Part shown: positions 11,392 through 24,277 of the stretch, piece by piece
Numbering within the stretch: the first letter of the stretch is position 1
Layout of the letters: the number at the start of each line of letters is the position of its first letter
NCBI GenBank assembly: GCA_004431415.1
Contig: QPMI01000580.1
Span: forward strand, 1 to 64,000
DNA: 64,000 bases
DNA from: Cyanophora paradoxa CCMP329
Lineage: Eukaryota; Plantae; Glaucophyta
Reading direction: 5' to 3'
The notes under the pieces: generated by a model
The model's input: the letters and a program-made list of their open reading frames with translations, nothing else
What the model was told of the DNA's origin: nothing
The model's database searches: none
Position numbers and translations under genes: made by a program

Positions 11392-12913
11392 CTAGGGGAA
11401 GGGCGCGGAGAGGCGCCAGCCGGCGAGGGCGGCAAGCGCCTCGTCGACCGCCCCCGCGTCGAAGTGGGCGGGGTCCCACCCCGCGCCCCGCCCCGCCCCC
11501 TCGTTCGCCGTCCCCGCCACCTGCTCCCGCGCCCACGACGCCCGCTCCCCGTCGTACCCTGGCGGGAGGGGGTCGAAGAGCTCAGGCGGGGGTACGCGCC
11601 TGCCAAGCGCTCGCCATGTCGTATTCGTAGTGGAAGACGTCTCCGGGGGCCGGCCGGAGGTCGCACAGCCGCACGCCCGCTTCCTGGGGTACCGGGTTCG
11701 GCCGAGGGGGGGAGGCGGCCATGGAGGGGTACGGCGCACGTCGACGTCGCAGTCGCCGCCGGGACCGCAGGGTTCGGGCACGAAGGAGGCGCCCCGGGCG
11801 TGGAAGACGTGAAGGTGACCCTCGCCCTCTGAGCCGAGTTGAGCGCGTACCCCTGGAAGGGGCGGAGGAGGGGCGAGAGGCACCTTCGGCGCCGTACCAG
11901 CCGATCGAGGCGCACAGCGCCCGATGCAGGTCCGCGAGAGACATCGAGCCTGTCGAGGAGACCTCGCATGGGGGATACAAGTGCCAGGTGGAAGGGGTGG
12001 GGTACGGCGCTCACCGGCTACGTCTAGGATCCGGTAGACAGGCGGATCGGTCCCGAGGACGGTGGCGCAGAGGCGGAAGGCGGAGCGGGCGGCGGAGGCC
12101 ACTGGCGGGCCACGGAGTCACGAGGATCGCAGGGGTACGGGAGCAGAGGCCTCACCGGAGGCCTTGAGCTCGCGGTCGACGAAAGCGGGGAGGCCGGCCG
12201 TGGCTTGGGGGTTCAGAAGCTGCGAGGCGCCGGGATTGGAGGCGCGACACAGGCTGATGACCGCAAACTGAGAAGGCCGCGGGGCCAAGCGGCCGTCAAC
12301 GAGCGCGAGCGGGAGGGCCGCGCTGAGGCGCACCCGGTGCAGCTCCGGTTCCGGCCTAAGTACGGCGATCCAATCGCGCGGCGCCCTGCCCGGGCTGCCG
12401 CCTGCATGCGCGTGCATGAGACGCGAGACGAGCGCTTCGGATGACGAGTGATCGCGAAAAAGCGCTCACGCGGACTGGGGGGCGACCCGGAGAAACTGTC
12501 TTCAGATTGCTGCATGATCTCCCGAGGCTCTGACACCTGCCGCGTGGCTTAATAAGGCCGCGCGTGTGCGCACAAGAGGCGCAAGAGCTCACTCGGGCGA
12601 CGACGAGCAGGCGGCCCCTGCAGCACGCCGCAACGCTCGCCACGGCTCCCTCACACCTCAGATCGGCGCGCCACTGCTCCTCCGGATCCATATCCGCTGC
12701 GTGGGGCGCTGGTCCCGCGGCCGCTTGCTTTTTTAAATCGAGAACGACTGTCTGGCCACGGGAGGGAGGTCTTAGCAAGCTCAGCTCGTCCTCATCCTCG
12801 TCGGAAGCGCTAACATCAAGAAGCTCGGAGGTTCCAGAAGTGCCCCAGGCTAGGTGGGCGGGAATCGGGAGCGGCCAGGGCCAGGGCTTCTCTGCATGGT
12901 CTCCTTTAGCCAT
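11392..12913 (-). CDS. Plasmid pRiA4b ORF3 (MM3350-like) domain protein; multi-exon
   Basis: FRLCATVLGTDPPVYRILDV..SMSLADLHRALCASIGW..GHLHVF..GDVFHYEYDMASAW..WDPAHFDAGAVDEAL follows the family motif order. Confidence 0.7.
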
Positions 12914-13369
12914 GTCTGGAGCTAAGCCGCACGTGCACGCTGCGCTGCAGCTGCGCTCTGCTACCGCCAGCATCGGCGACTTATCATGAGCTGTAACCCC
13001 CCAGCCAGATCAAATTTGGATCGGGCAACTCCCGATCGCGATCGTGACCGTTCGGGCCCGCATGCGTACGTCACGATCGGCAGTTGCCGAAGTGCGGCAG
13101 GACGCCGCAGGAGCCGGGCTCAGCGGCTCAGCCTAGCGCTAGGCGCGCTAGCACTGCGGCACTAGTACTCGCACGCCGAACGCACGTTACCACGTCAAAA
13201 TTGGCCAGCATGGCAAGCTCGATTTGATCAAGGCCTGAAGCGCTACGCGCTACCGGGATTGACACTCCGGGGAAAGGAGCAGCTCCAGTTGATACGATAT
13301 GAGTTTAACGACATTAGTTTAAATTTTTAATGCTTCGGCAGCACGCCGCGCCCCGCGGACGGCGAGCGA

Positions 13370-15332
13370 TCAGGCCGGTGCGGAGACGGCGGCGCGGAGG
13401 GCGTTCGCGGCGGCCTCCTGCCCGCGCTCCACCTCCTCGTGCCGCTGCGGGGCCGACGGGCGCGATGCCGCGTCAGGAGGGGCAAAGGGCGGCGCGCGAG
13501 CGCCGGCGCTGGAGCGGGGCCGGGACGGGGCCGGGGGCGGGAGGGTTGACCTTCTCGACGAGGCGGCGGCTGGCCTTCGGGGGCGCCTCGAGGGCCGCCC
13601 CGTCGATGCCCGCCGCCGCCCCGACGCCAGCACCGACGCCACGCCCCTGCCGCCCCGTCAGCAGCGCGCCGGGCCCGGGCGCCGGGGCGGGGGCGGGACC
13701 GGGCGCGGGCCGGCGGGCGACGATGACGACGCGGCGGGCGGAGGGCGGGAGGCGCGGGTGCGCGGCCGCCGCCCACGCGAGGTGCCGCTCCTCGTCCCGC
13801 GCCGCCTGCCCGCCCCGCATCAGACCCCGGCGCCCGCGCCTCGGGCGGGGCCCGGGCGGCACCTCGCCGGTGAGGCCGCCGCGCTCGATGGCGAGGGCCT
13901 CGCGGGCCAGCCGCTCCTTCGGGCCAGCGCCGTCTTCACCCTGCCCGGCGCCCGCCCGGGGTTCGGGAGGGCGGGGAGGGGGCGGGCGGGGGGGCGCACC
14001 GGGGGATGGCCCACGCGGCGGCGGGGAGGGAGAAGGCGGCGACGCCGGCCGCTCCGAGCAGCTTCAGATTCGGCCGGTGCCCGTCGGGCGCCTCGTTCAC
14101 CCGCGCCCCGCCCGGCCGCGCCCTGCGCCCCGTCGGCGAGGAAGAGACAGCGGCGCGGGGAGGGGGGCTCGCGCACCACGGGGGCAGGAAGCCGGCGACG
14201 GACCTGCGCGGGCAGGCGTCAGGGGGAGGTCTCGAGGGGAGGCGGGGGGAGCGGGGGGCGGGGCGGGCCCCGGGGGCATGGCGGCGGCGAGGACGCCGGC
14301 GGCGAGGACGCAGAAGCCGAGCGTGAGGCGCCGCACGGCGGACGAGAAGCCCGGGTCGGAGTCGAGGGCCACGGACTGCGCGCGCGAGCCCGAGGGTGAC
14401 GGGCGCCGGCGGCCGGGTCCCCGACGCGCGCACCGCGTCGCGGCCGCCGAAGACGACGGGGACGCCGCGCGCCGCCGCCTCGCGCGCCGCGTCGAGCAGG
14501 TCGCCGTCCGGCGCCACGCCCGTCGCCCGCTGCATCGCGAAGCTCGACGAGGCCTGAGGAGGAGCATGAGAGCGAGGTCCGCGCGCTATGGGCGTGGGCC
14601 CACGTAGTAGGTCTCCAGGAGGCCGGCCACGCCGCGGCGGGCGACCGCGACGTAGGCGAACGGGAGGGACGCCGAGATGCGCTCGGCGGCTGCGCCGTGC
14701 TTCGGGTCCAGGCGCGCGTATGCGACCTGCGGGTCCATGTCGATGACGACGGCGTCGGGATGGGCCTGCGCAACAAGGAGATCAGCCACCGGAAGCTGCG
14801 CGCGGCTGTCGACGGGCGCGTACATCGCGGATGACGTGCTTGGCGTCCTCCGCTGATCGCTTGGAGTACGCGGAGGTGCCAACGACCAGGTAATCCTTCC
14901 CTGTGTTGTCGATGTGCTGGAAGAACGCCGCGTCGCTGAGCGAGAGCACGGGAGAGCGGTGATGACGGTTTCCACCTCCGCCGCCTCCGCCACCCCCGCC
15001 GCGTCGCCCGCGGCGCGGGGCCGCAGGTGCAGGCGCAGGCTCCGTCACGATCGGCCGATCCCCCGCGCTGCGTGTGTATGCCGTGAGCCTCGGAGATGCA
15101 TTGCGACGACAGCGGAGATGAAAGACAAAGAATAACCCGCAGGCCGGCGCTCTTTAGGCAGGTCCCAAAGACGTCCCAGCCTTACGTACGCGCGACCAGC
15201 GCACCTCGAAGCGCGGAGAAGGGGCACGGCGTTCTGAAAGCTACGGAAAAGGCGCTGGACGGGGCTCGCTGCGTTCGAGCTGCTCGCGTTGCGCTTTACG
15301 GAGCGCGCGGGTGCGGAGGCGCGCTGCGGCAT
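13370..15332 (-). CDS. Divergent TraB/PrgY-domain protein; multi-exon, start uncertain
   Basis: YLVVGTSAYSKRSAEDAKHVIR..HPDAVVIDMD and AAREAAARGVPVVFGGRD resemble the TraB motifs YLVGTAH.S..S..DV, PD.VVVE and GA.VVLGDR. Confidence 0.55.
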
Positions 15333-15604
15333 CGCGTTCGCGTTCGGCTGTGAGCCACAGTGAGCGTTCGCGTTCGGCTGTGAGAGGACAGAGCCACAGT
15401 GGGGTACGCGGTGAAGAAGGGGGGGCGAAAGGGTGACAGCTCCGACCCCAGCACGCCTTTAACACGCAAGCGATCGCCGCGCACCGTGATTGCGCAGAGC
15501 ATATGCATGGTTTAGAGTCCAGCATCAGGTGACCGCGTCGCCGCTTTGTAGATCTGGCAAGTCCTTTCTTTGGATTGGAGCTTTGGAGCTCGCGCGGCAG
15601 CTCG

Positions 15605-18600
15605 ATGGGATGCGGAGCGTCCAGCACGTCGGCAGATACCGCGAAGAAGGCGGACGCCACCGCGACGCCGCCTGAGCCTGCTGACCGGAGGTGGAGCATT
15701 GCCGACATCCAGCGCGGAGGGCTGGAGCGCGGACAGAGCGGAACGAGGCAGCGGAAAGGGAGTGTAGAGACCAGTTATGATGTGGACAATCTGCTCAAGC
15801 AGGTGCGCGCTCTCCCGCCCGCTGGCGGGCCGCGTGGCCGCCCTTCACTCGGCCCAGCGGCTGTCGCTGACTCGCCCATGCGGCGCGTGCGCGCGCAGTG
15901 TGCCTCTCAGGCGCAGGAGCTCCAGCTGCAGGCGCTGACGCTGCTGGCGGAGGCGACGGAGGAGTCGTCGACCGCTGTCATGCAGCTCCGCATGCACCCG
16001 CAGGGCGTGGAGGTCATGGTGCGGGTCGCCGTCAACGCGCAGGCGACGCCGGCGCGGATCGCGGCCCTCTCCGTCCTCATTCGCGTCTGCGCCTCGGCCG
16101 ACGTGCCCGGTGCGCCGCGCCGCGCCCGCCGCGCCGCTCGGCCCTCACGGGGGGTGGGGGCAGTGGACTGCCTCCGGCGGCTGGTGGCGGCGTGGCCCAT
16201 GGCGGAGATGCGCAAGTTCGCGGCGGAGTGCGGGCTGACGGAGGAGCAGATCGCGCTGCAGAGCCTCCTCGCCGAGATCTCCGCGAGCCGTGCGCCGCCG
16301 GCCCCGCGCAGGGCGAGGGCCCGGCGGGGCGGGGCCGACGTGCGGGGGGCGCGCAGGGGGCATCGCGGAGGAGATGGCGGGCCGCGGGCTCGTCCGCCTC
16401 GTCGGCGACTACTTCCTCGACCCCGTCCGCCGGGCGCGCCCCGCCCCCCGCCCCGCCGCCCCCGCCCTCGGCGGCTGAGCGTGCGGGCTGCGCAGACGGA
16501 CGACCGGGAGGTGCCGGCGCGGACGCTGGCGAACGTCGCCCGCGCCGGCCTCCCCGACGCCGTCGTCCGCGCCGGCGGCTGGGCGCGCCGCCCCGCCCCG
16601 CCCCGCCCCGCCCCCGCCCCGCCCGCTGAGTGGGGCCGGCGCAGGCGGTGGTGGCGACGTGCGCGCGGGCGCCGAGCGCGCGGCTGCGGGCCCTCGGCGT
16701 CTCCATCGCGCCCCTCCTCGCCGCCTGCGGTGCTCCGGCGCCCCGCCGCCGTCGGCCCGGCCGCTCGCTGAACGCAGAGCGCAGAGGCGGGACGGGCGGC
16801 GGCGGGCGGGAGGGGCGGGCGGGGCGCTGGAGGTGCTGCTGCAGGTCGCCACGGAGCGCCCCGCCGCCACCCCCGCCGGCTACGCCGCCACCCGCCTCGG
16901 TGCCCGCGCCCCAGCACGCCGGCCGGCTTGCCCGCTGAGGCGCGGGGCGGGCAGACGCGTACCGGGCGCTGGCGGCGCTGACGCCGGAGGATGGGGCGGG
17001 GCCGGCCCTCCCGCGGGGCCCGACGGCGGGGCGCCCACGGCCCTCACCTCCCCCGTGCGCCCCCGTCTCCCCGCCCCGCCCCGCCCCGGGCGCAGCGCCG
17101 ACGCCGGGCGCGGCCTTCCCCGCAGGCGCTCCGCCGCATCGTGCTGGACACGCGGGGGCTGGACGCGGGGGGCCTTCCGGGTACACGCACGCACTCTCGC
17201 TGCCGCTGCCCCGCCGCCGCTGACGGCTCCCAGCGTGCCGGCGGCTGTGGCGGAGGCGACGCGCGCCGCGGCGCTCGTCTTCGCCGCCGGCCTCTGCGCC
17301 ATCCGTGCGCCCCCGCCCGCCGTCTCTGCGCGCGTCGTGGCCGAGGCGGGCGCCCCGCGCAGCGGCGCTGCGGGCGCGGCTGGCGTTCGCGCTGCTGCCG
17401 GGGCGGCCCGCGCGGCGGCGGCGGGCCCTCCAAGCTGGAGCCGGCCGACGCGGCGCTGGCGGGGCGGGCGAGGGCGGCGGCGGCGGCCGTGCGCGCCGCC
17501 GCCACGCAGCTCGTCGCCGAGCGCTGGATGGCCCTCACCAAGGCGAGTTGCCGCCCCGGGACGTTCCGGGAGCCCTTGCCCTCGGGGCGCGAGCGGGGCG
17601 GTGCGGGGCGTGCGCAGGCGGACGCGGAGCTGCTGCAGGAGGCGGCGCTGCGGGGCAGGGGCCGGGGGCACCTCACGCGGGGCGGCCGCTGGCGGCTCGC
17701 GCTGGAGCTCTGGCGCGAGTCCCGCGCCCGCGCCCGCCTCCGCCGCTCCTGGGACTTCGACGCCGTCCGCCCCGCCCCGCCCCGCCCCGCCTTCCTCCTC
17801 GGGCCCGGCCGACGCGGGTGCAGGGGGCCGCGGCGTCGGCGTCGACGAAGCGGCTGGCGCGGCAGAAGATCTCCCGCAACGTCTCCGTCGCCCTGCCCCA
17901 GCGGGCGCGCCCGCCGCCTCGCCTGCGACGGCGCGCCGGCGGCCCGCTGAGCCCCCGCGCAGACGGAGGCGGACACGGACGAGGGGACGGGGCCGGGGCG
18001 GGGAAGAGGAGGAGGGCGGCGCGGCGCGCGCCACGGGCCGCTCCGGCGCCCCCGACCGCGACGAGACCGCCACCCGTGCGCCGCCCCCTCCGCCCGCCGG
18101 CCGGCCCAGTCGAGCGGGGCGGGCGGGGCGCAGAGCGGTCGGGCAAGTCGGGCCGCTCCATCACGGGCGGGGGCGCCCGCGGGGGCGACGCCCACGGGCA
18201 AGGGCACGGGCCCGGGGCGCCCCGCAGCGTGTCGGCCATCGGCGTCGGCGTCGGCAGCCTCCTCCACGCCGACGAGGGGCGCGGCGAGGGGCCGCGCGCC
18301 CCGGCCCAGACGCCCGGCGGCACGCGGAGCCTGCGCCGCGCCGAGGCCCCCGAGCGCGAGGCCCACGCCGGCGGCGGCCAGCGCAGCCGCCCCGCCTCCC
18401 GCCCCAGAGCCGCGGCGCCCCCGCCGAGCCCGAGGCGGAGGCGGAGGAGGCGGGCGGGTCGGGGGCCGGGGCGGGGCGCGGCCGTCCTGGGGCGCGGGGG
18501 CGGCGCCGGGCCGGGGAACGGGCGGCTCTCGCGGGTGGCGGGGGCGAGCCGCAGCGTCTCGGCACCCCTCTCCTTCGCTGGCTTCCAGGAGGCCCCGGGC

Positions 18601-19234
18601 GGCTTCCCCGCCCTGCCCCCGCTCCCGCCCCTCCCCGCCCCCCGCTTCCGCACCCGGCCCCGGTCCCCGGCGGCGCCCCCGCGGCCCCCGCCGGCGGCTC
18701 GCCGGGGCAGCGGGGCTCCCTCTCGGGGTCGCCACGCCGGCGCTGGGCTCGCCCTCCTTCCAGGGGCCCCGGGCCCCGCGCGCGCCCCGGCCTCCTTCAC
18801 CCTGCCCCCGGCCGCCTTCGCCTTCGGCCCGCCCGCCCTCCCGGGCCTGCCCCCCGCCCTCGCCCTCGGAGCACGTGGTCGGCCCCCGCCCCGCCCCGGG
18901 GCGGGGCAGGGGATGGCGGGGCCGTCGGGCGCGCTCCCCGGCATCGCCTCGCTGAACGCGACCCTGACGGGGGGCAACCCGTTCGCCCTCGCCGGCTTCC
19001 CCGCCCCCCTCTCGGGGCCCCTCCCGGGCCCCCTCCCGCGTCCCCCGGCCTCCCTGCCCGCCTGGGGCGCCCGGCCCCGCGCCCCCGGCCCCGCTTCCCG
19101 GTCCCCCGGCCGCCCCGGGCGCCGCCCGCGCCTCTACGTGGGGCGTGGCGCAGAGCCCCTTCGCACCCGCCCCACCCGCCTCCTTCGGGCCCCAGCACGG
19201 CGCCGCCATCCCCGCCGGCGGCCCCCGCTGGTAG
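15605..19234 (+). CDS. Large helical-repeat (ARM-like?) protein with an N-terminal MGCGASS dual-acylation motif and a Pro-rich C-terminus; multi-exon
   Basis: MGCxxS myristoylation/palmitoylation consensus at 15605, followed by a chain of Leu/Ala-rich exons with GT/GC-AG introns. No recognisable catalytic motif. Confidence 0.5.
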
Positions 19235-20206
19235 GGCGGCGACACCGGTACCCCCTGGGCGGGTTTTCTGTTTTTCGTTTTCCAGCTTTTCTCTTTATTC
19301 CATGCATGGGGTGGCGCGCCACGGCAAAGGGCGCGTCTTATTTGATTTATCGGACGGAGGGCTCTAGTTATTGTTCAAGTCGTATTTCTTTTCAGTCTAT
19401 CATCGGGCCGAGAATCGGACCCGCAAGTGCTATAGCCATGGCATTAGTTTTTCATTCAGAAGCCTTGAAGCATGCCGCAGTGCAATGATGGACAGTGTAC
19501 CGGTAGTTTACTTGTGCAAAACATCCAGCTACCTTGCGATTCATCATGCACATGGCGTCCGATGATCTGCCAGGTTTGAGGAAAACTTGAAAAACTGGAA
19601 AGCTCCGAGGCTCAGCGGCCGCGGCCGCCGGGCCCTGGGCTACCGGTACCAATCTCGATCTCGATCTTGGGTTCAGATTTTCGAAACCTCGATTCTGCAG
19701 GTGATCATATGCATGAGAGTACCCTACTCATCACGTGGATGTGTCCGACGGTCACGATCATGATCAACTTGCAACTGGCAAATGCAGAGCCGCCGCCGGG
19801 CCGAGCCTCGGAAAACAAGAGCTTGAAACCCCGGAGTCCCAGGCTGCAGCTGATTTAATTTGCTTTAATTTGCCAAGTTGCAAGGCGCATAATGACGCTC
19901 ACTGACTCAGTGAGTCAGGCACTGGCCGGGCACCGTACGCGTAGCAGCCCCCAGCCCCCGGGGCCCCGCCCTCCAGATCCGGTGCCGGCCGCCGGGCCTC
20001 AAAAGTTCACATGCAAAAACTCGAGCTCAGCGGCTCATGATCAGTGGATCATGAATCACCGGCGGATGCAAAATTCGAAAGGCTGTACAACGAAGGGTTC
20101 TCGAGCTCGACGGTGGGACCCTCGAGCGCGGGCTCCGCGTCTATGATACAAGCGACGCCGGAGGGGAGACGCGTGGCGCAGCCTCGCAGGCCGCGGGGAG
20201 GGCCCG

Positions 20207-23200
20207 CTACCGCCGCCCCGCGCCCGCGCCCCGCCGCCGGCCCCGCAGCCTCGCCTCCGGCTCCGGCACCGCCACCGTCCCGCCCTGCGCCCCAGGGCCT
20301 CGAACCCGGGGCGGCGCAGGGCCGGGGCCGGGGCCGGCGGGGGCACCTGGATGTCGGCGGCGTCGGGGCTCTGCGCGATGGTCTGCCCCCCCGACGGCCG
20401 CCGTCGCGGCGCGCGTCAGCTGGGGCGGCGCGGGGCGGGGGGCCCGGGGGGCGCGCCTGCTGGGCCGTCATGTAGAACATGAGGTCCCGCACCTGCTCCG
20501 ACAGCTCCGACACCTGCGCCCGGGAGGTCAGGGGAGGGTGAGGGCCTGGGGGGGTCCTGGCGGGCGGACCTGCTTCTGGAGGGCAGCCTCGCGGGCGGCG
20601 GCGGCGGCCTTCTCGGCGTCGAGGGCGGCCCGCAGCTCCGCCTGGTTCGCCAGCAGCTGCTCGTTCAGCTGACCGTTCGTCCGACCCAGCGTCAGCCCGC
20701 GCGCGGGGCCCCGGGGCCCCGGGGCGGGGCCGGAGGGGGGTGCACCTGCTTGGCGAAGGCGGCCTCCTTGGCGGCGGCCTCGGCCTTCCGCTGGAGCAGC
20801 TGCACGCGCCGCTCCAGCGCCCGCCGCTCCTTCTCCGCCCCCGCCGCCCGCTCCTCCGCCGCCCCGCGGCCCTCCCCCGCCCGCCGCGCCTGCCCCCGCG
20901 GCCTCAGGCGGGGCGGGCGGCGGGGGGCGGGCCGGGGTACGGCGGGCCTCGTCCTCGGCGGCGGAGCAGCGGCGGCGAGCTCGCACGCCTCCCGCGCCGC
21001 CCGCTCCTCGAACCACACCCGCTGCTGCGCCCCGCCCCCGAGCTAAGCGAGCGCCGTCCCCGCCACTCGGCCGGGGCGGGCGCACGCTCTCGAGCTGGGA
21101 GGTGAGGAGGTAGTTGTACTCCATCGCCAGCGCCTCCAGCTTGCTCTGCGCGCGCCCCGCCACGCTTTGAGGCGGGGACCCGCCGAGGGGGCGGCCCCGG
21201 CCCCGGCCCCGGCCCGGGCGCACGCTCATGACGATGTCGCGCTCCTCGCGGCGCCAGGCGCGGGAGCCGCGCCCGAAGGGCCCCAGGGGCCCCGCGGGGC
21301 CGGGGGGCGAGGCGGGGCCGGGGCCGGCGCCCTGGGGCCGCATGGCCTCCGGGGGTACCGCCTCCCACTCGCCGTCCTCTCCCTCCTCGCTCCCGCTCCC
21401 GCTCTCGCTCTCGGGGGCCCCGAAAAGCGCCCCCGCCGCCGCCTCCCCGCTGCCCCGCCGCCCCCGCCCCGCCGGCCCCGCCGGCGCCGAGAGCTCCACC
21501 AGCTTCCCGTCCGCCCGGTTCTGGATCAGCCGGTGCACGTACCTGCCCTAGGGGTTGGAGGAATCCGGGCGGCGAGGGGGGGGAGGGGCGGGACCCGTCG
21601 CCGGCGTAGTCCCAGACGCGCTGGGAGACGGTCTCCATCGCGTAGCAGTGCGCCGTCGCCGTGAAGTGCGCGTACGCGTGCGAGCCCTGCGGGGGGAGGG
21701 CAGGGCTTAGGCTTCAGGCGGGGGCGGGAGGGATGAGCGCCTGGAGGGGGCGCGAGCGCACGGAGTAGCGGCCGCAGCCGATGGCGCCGCAGATGAGGCA
21801 AATCCAGAGGTCCTCCCGCGCCCCGCACGCGTCGCACGCGCTCCCCGCCGCCGGCTCCTGCGCGGCGCCGGCGCCGGCTCGAGGGCGGCGGGGAAAGGAG
21901 ATCTCGAGACGCGGGGGCGGGCCTGGCAGTAGCGGCAGACGGGGCACGACGAGTCGCCCCACTTCGACAGGCACGCTGGCCCCCGGCCCCCGGTGAGGAG
22001 CGGGGGAGGGCGGGTGCGGGGCGGGGCGGGGCGGACAGCAGTGGAAGGAGTGGTTGCAGAGGATGGTGAGGATGCCGCTCACCGCCGAGTCCAGCCGCTC
22101 TGACGCCGGCCTCAGCGCCGGTGCGGCGGGGCGGGGCGGGGAGGCGGGGCGGGGCGGGCCGAGGCAGACGGGGCAGGTGGGGAGCTCGGTCTGGCCGGGC
22201 GGGGGCAGCGGGGCGGCCCCCGCCTCGCTCGGCGACGTGAACTGCCGCCGCCGTCGGCACCGGCCGCGCGGGGGGGAAGGAGGAGGGGCGGGGGCGACCT
22301 GCATGTCGGCGACGTACACCACGTGCACCGTCTCCGGCTGCGCGCGGGGCGGCCCGTCGGCGGCGCTGCACCCCTCCCCTCCCGCGCCCCGGAACGCGGT
22401 ACCCCGCACCTCGAGGGCCGTGAAGGTCTTCCCGTTCAAGTCGCGGTAGAAGCGGTCCGCCGAGGCCTGCGGCCCGGGTTCGAGTCCCGGCGGGGGCGCT
22501 TTCGGCTCGAGGGGGGAGGGCCGCGCGCCTGGTCGGTGAACGTGACGACGGCCATGTACTTGTTGGGGGACGAGTCCCGCAGGATCCGCATCTGGGGGGG
22601 GGAGGGGGGTTCGGCGGGGGTACGCGGGCGGAGAGAGCGGGGGCGGGGCGGGCACGTGGGAGACGGTGTTGAGGTAGGAGCAGATGAAGACGCAGAAGTC
22701 GCTGCGGGGCGGGGCTCGAGGCGGGCGGGAGCCCCCGGGGCGAGGCGGGGGGCGGGGGCGGGCGGACGCGGGGGCCATGGAGGCGGGGACGGCGAGGACG
22801 GCGAGGACGTTGGAGCGGATGGCGGGGAGGCGCCCGTGCGGCAGCTGCCCGTCCACGTGCTCCCCCGGCCCCGGCCGCTCCCGGTACAGGTGCAGCACCC
22901 CCGTCACCACCTGCCAGGGGAGGATCGCACCCGGCCGGGGGGCGGCGTGGGTGCGGGGCCGGGGCGGCGCGCCTCGACGCTGGGGTTCCCCGCGTAGAAG
23001 GAAACCCCCTCCGTCTCCGTCGTGCGCGCCGCAACGGCCCCGCCCTCCTCCTTGCCCCCGCCCGCCGCCGCCGCGTACTTCCGCACGGCGGGGGCCTGTG
23101 GCGCCCGCGGCGAGCGCGGCGAGGGCCCGCCCGACGAGGAGCCGGCCGCCGGCAGCGGCGCCGCGGGGCTCGGGCCCCCGGCCTTCGCGCCGTCCCCGGA

Positions 23201-23736
23201 GGCGGCGCGCGCCAGCGGCGGCACCGGCGGCTTCCCCCCGCCGGCGTGCGGCGGCTTCTCGGGGCGCCCCGCGGGAATGGCCCCCGCCTCCTCCTTCGGC
23301 TCCGATGGCGCGGCTGCGGTCGCCGGCATCTTCTCGAGCTTTCGCGGCGAGATCGGCGCGGCCGCCGAAGCGCTCGAGGCTTCCTGCGCCGGCTGTGTGG
23401 CTGCCTGGGAGCGCTCCGGACGAGCTGCACGGCCCACGTGCGAGCTGGAATGCTCAGGTGAAGCGGCGCTGGGAATCGGCCCCGGCGAGTGTGGCGGCTT
23501 GTCGGAGGGCGCTCCTTTGACGCTCGACATCTTCTTCACCTCGTCCTGCGTCCGATTCATCAGCCATGCACTCGGGGCGACACGCGCGTCCAGGGCGTCA
23601 GATGAACGCCGACCTTGCCCTTGCTGGTGCTGCGGCGGGGCCTGCGCAGCGGGGTCGGCGCCGCAGGCTCGTGGGAGATGATGGGCTGCGGGAGCTCGGG
23701 TTGGGGGCCGTTCGCCTCCACGACCAGCTTGAACAT
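20207..23736 (-). CDS. BRAP: BRCA1-associated protein 2 (BRAP2/BRIZ/ETP1) RING + ZnF-UBP E3 ligase; multi-exon
   Basis: FYAGNPSVE|VVTGVLHLYR; TELPTCPVCL|ERLDSAVSGILTILCNHSFHC; EDLWICLICGAIGCGRY; HFTATAHCYAMETVSQRVWDYAGDG|YVHRLIQNRADGKLVEL; EYNYLLTSQLES. Confidence 0.93.
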
Positions 23737-24277
23737 GCTTGGCCGACTTGGTCGATGCCGGCCAAGTCGCAGCTCGGATGCGGCCGCTGCGTTGATCAAG
23801 AAGGACAGGAGGCAGCAGCGAGACGAAGGCGGCCGACGAGTTTGTCGCGCGTTTGTTCGATTGTACCCAGCCCACCTCCTTCGTAGTACCCAGGCCCAGA
23901 AGCAAACTCCTGAGCCTGGCCGTTCGCCGCGCAGCAGACGCGCGGATCAGGTGCACAAGAAGTTGTTTGCATACGCCCCGACCGCCGCGGTGTCCAACCG
24001 GCTCGCGCAGCCCCTTCCGCGGCCAGGCATCTGGCGCACAGCTCTCTCGAAGGAAAGACTCGTTCTTCAGGTCCGTCGCGCCTCGCGGACCGGCGCGTCG
24101 GCCTGCACTGACGGCGCCGTCGCCCCAGCGAGCGTCACAGCGCACATCGGTGGAAGAACTCTCGCCGGGCCCCGCGAACCACGCGCAAGCCAGTGCGCCT
24201 TCGCGGAGCACTCGCAGCCGCCCTCGCGGGCGTCGTGTGAGGCTCACATCCGCGCCCCGGGCTCCCGCAGCTAAGCC

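Noticed and set aside
15334-15400. Small direct duplications (30-bp unit here; 18-bp at 49905/49928; GGCAACCGACCGGC in a PhzF intron)
   Set aside because: These are ordinary local slippage duplications with no further structure.
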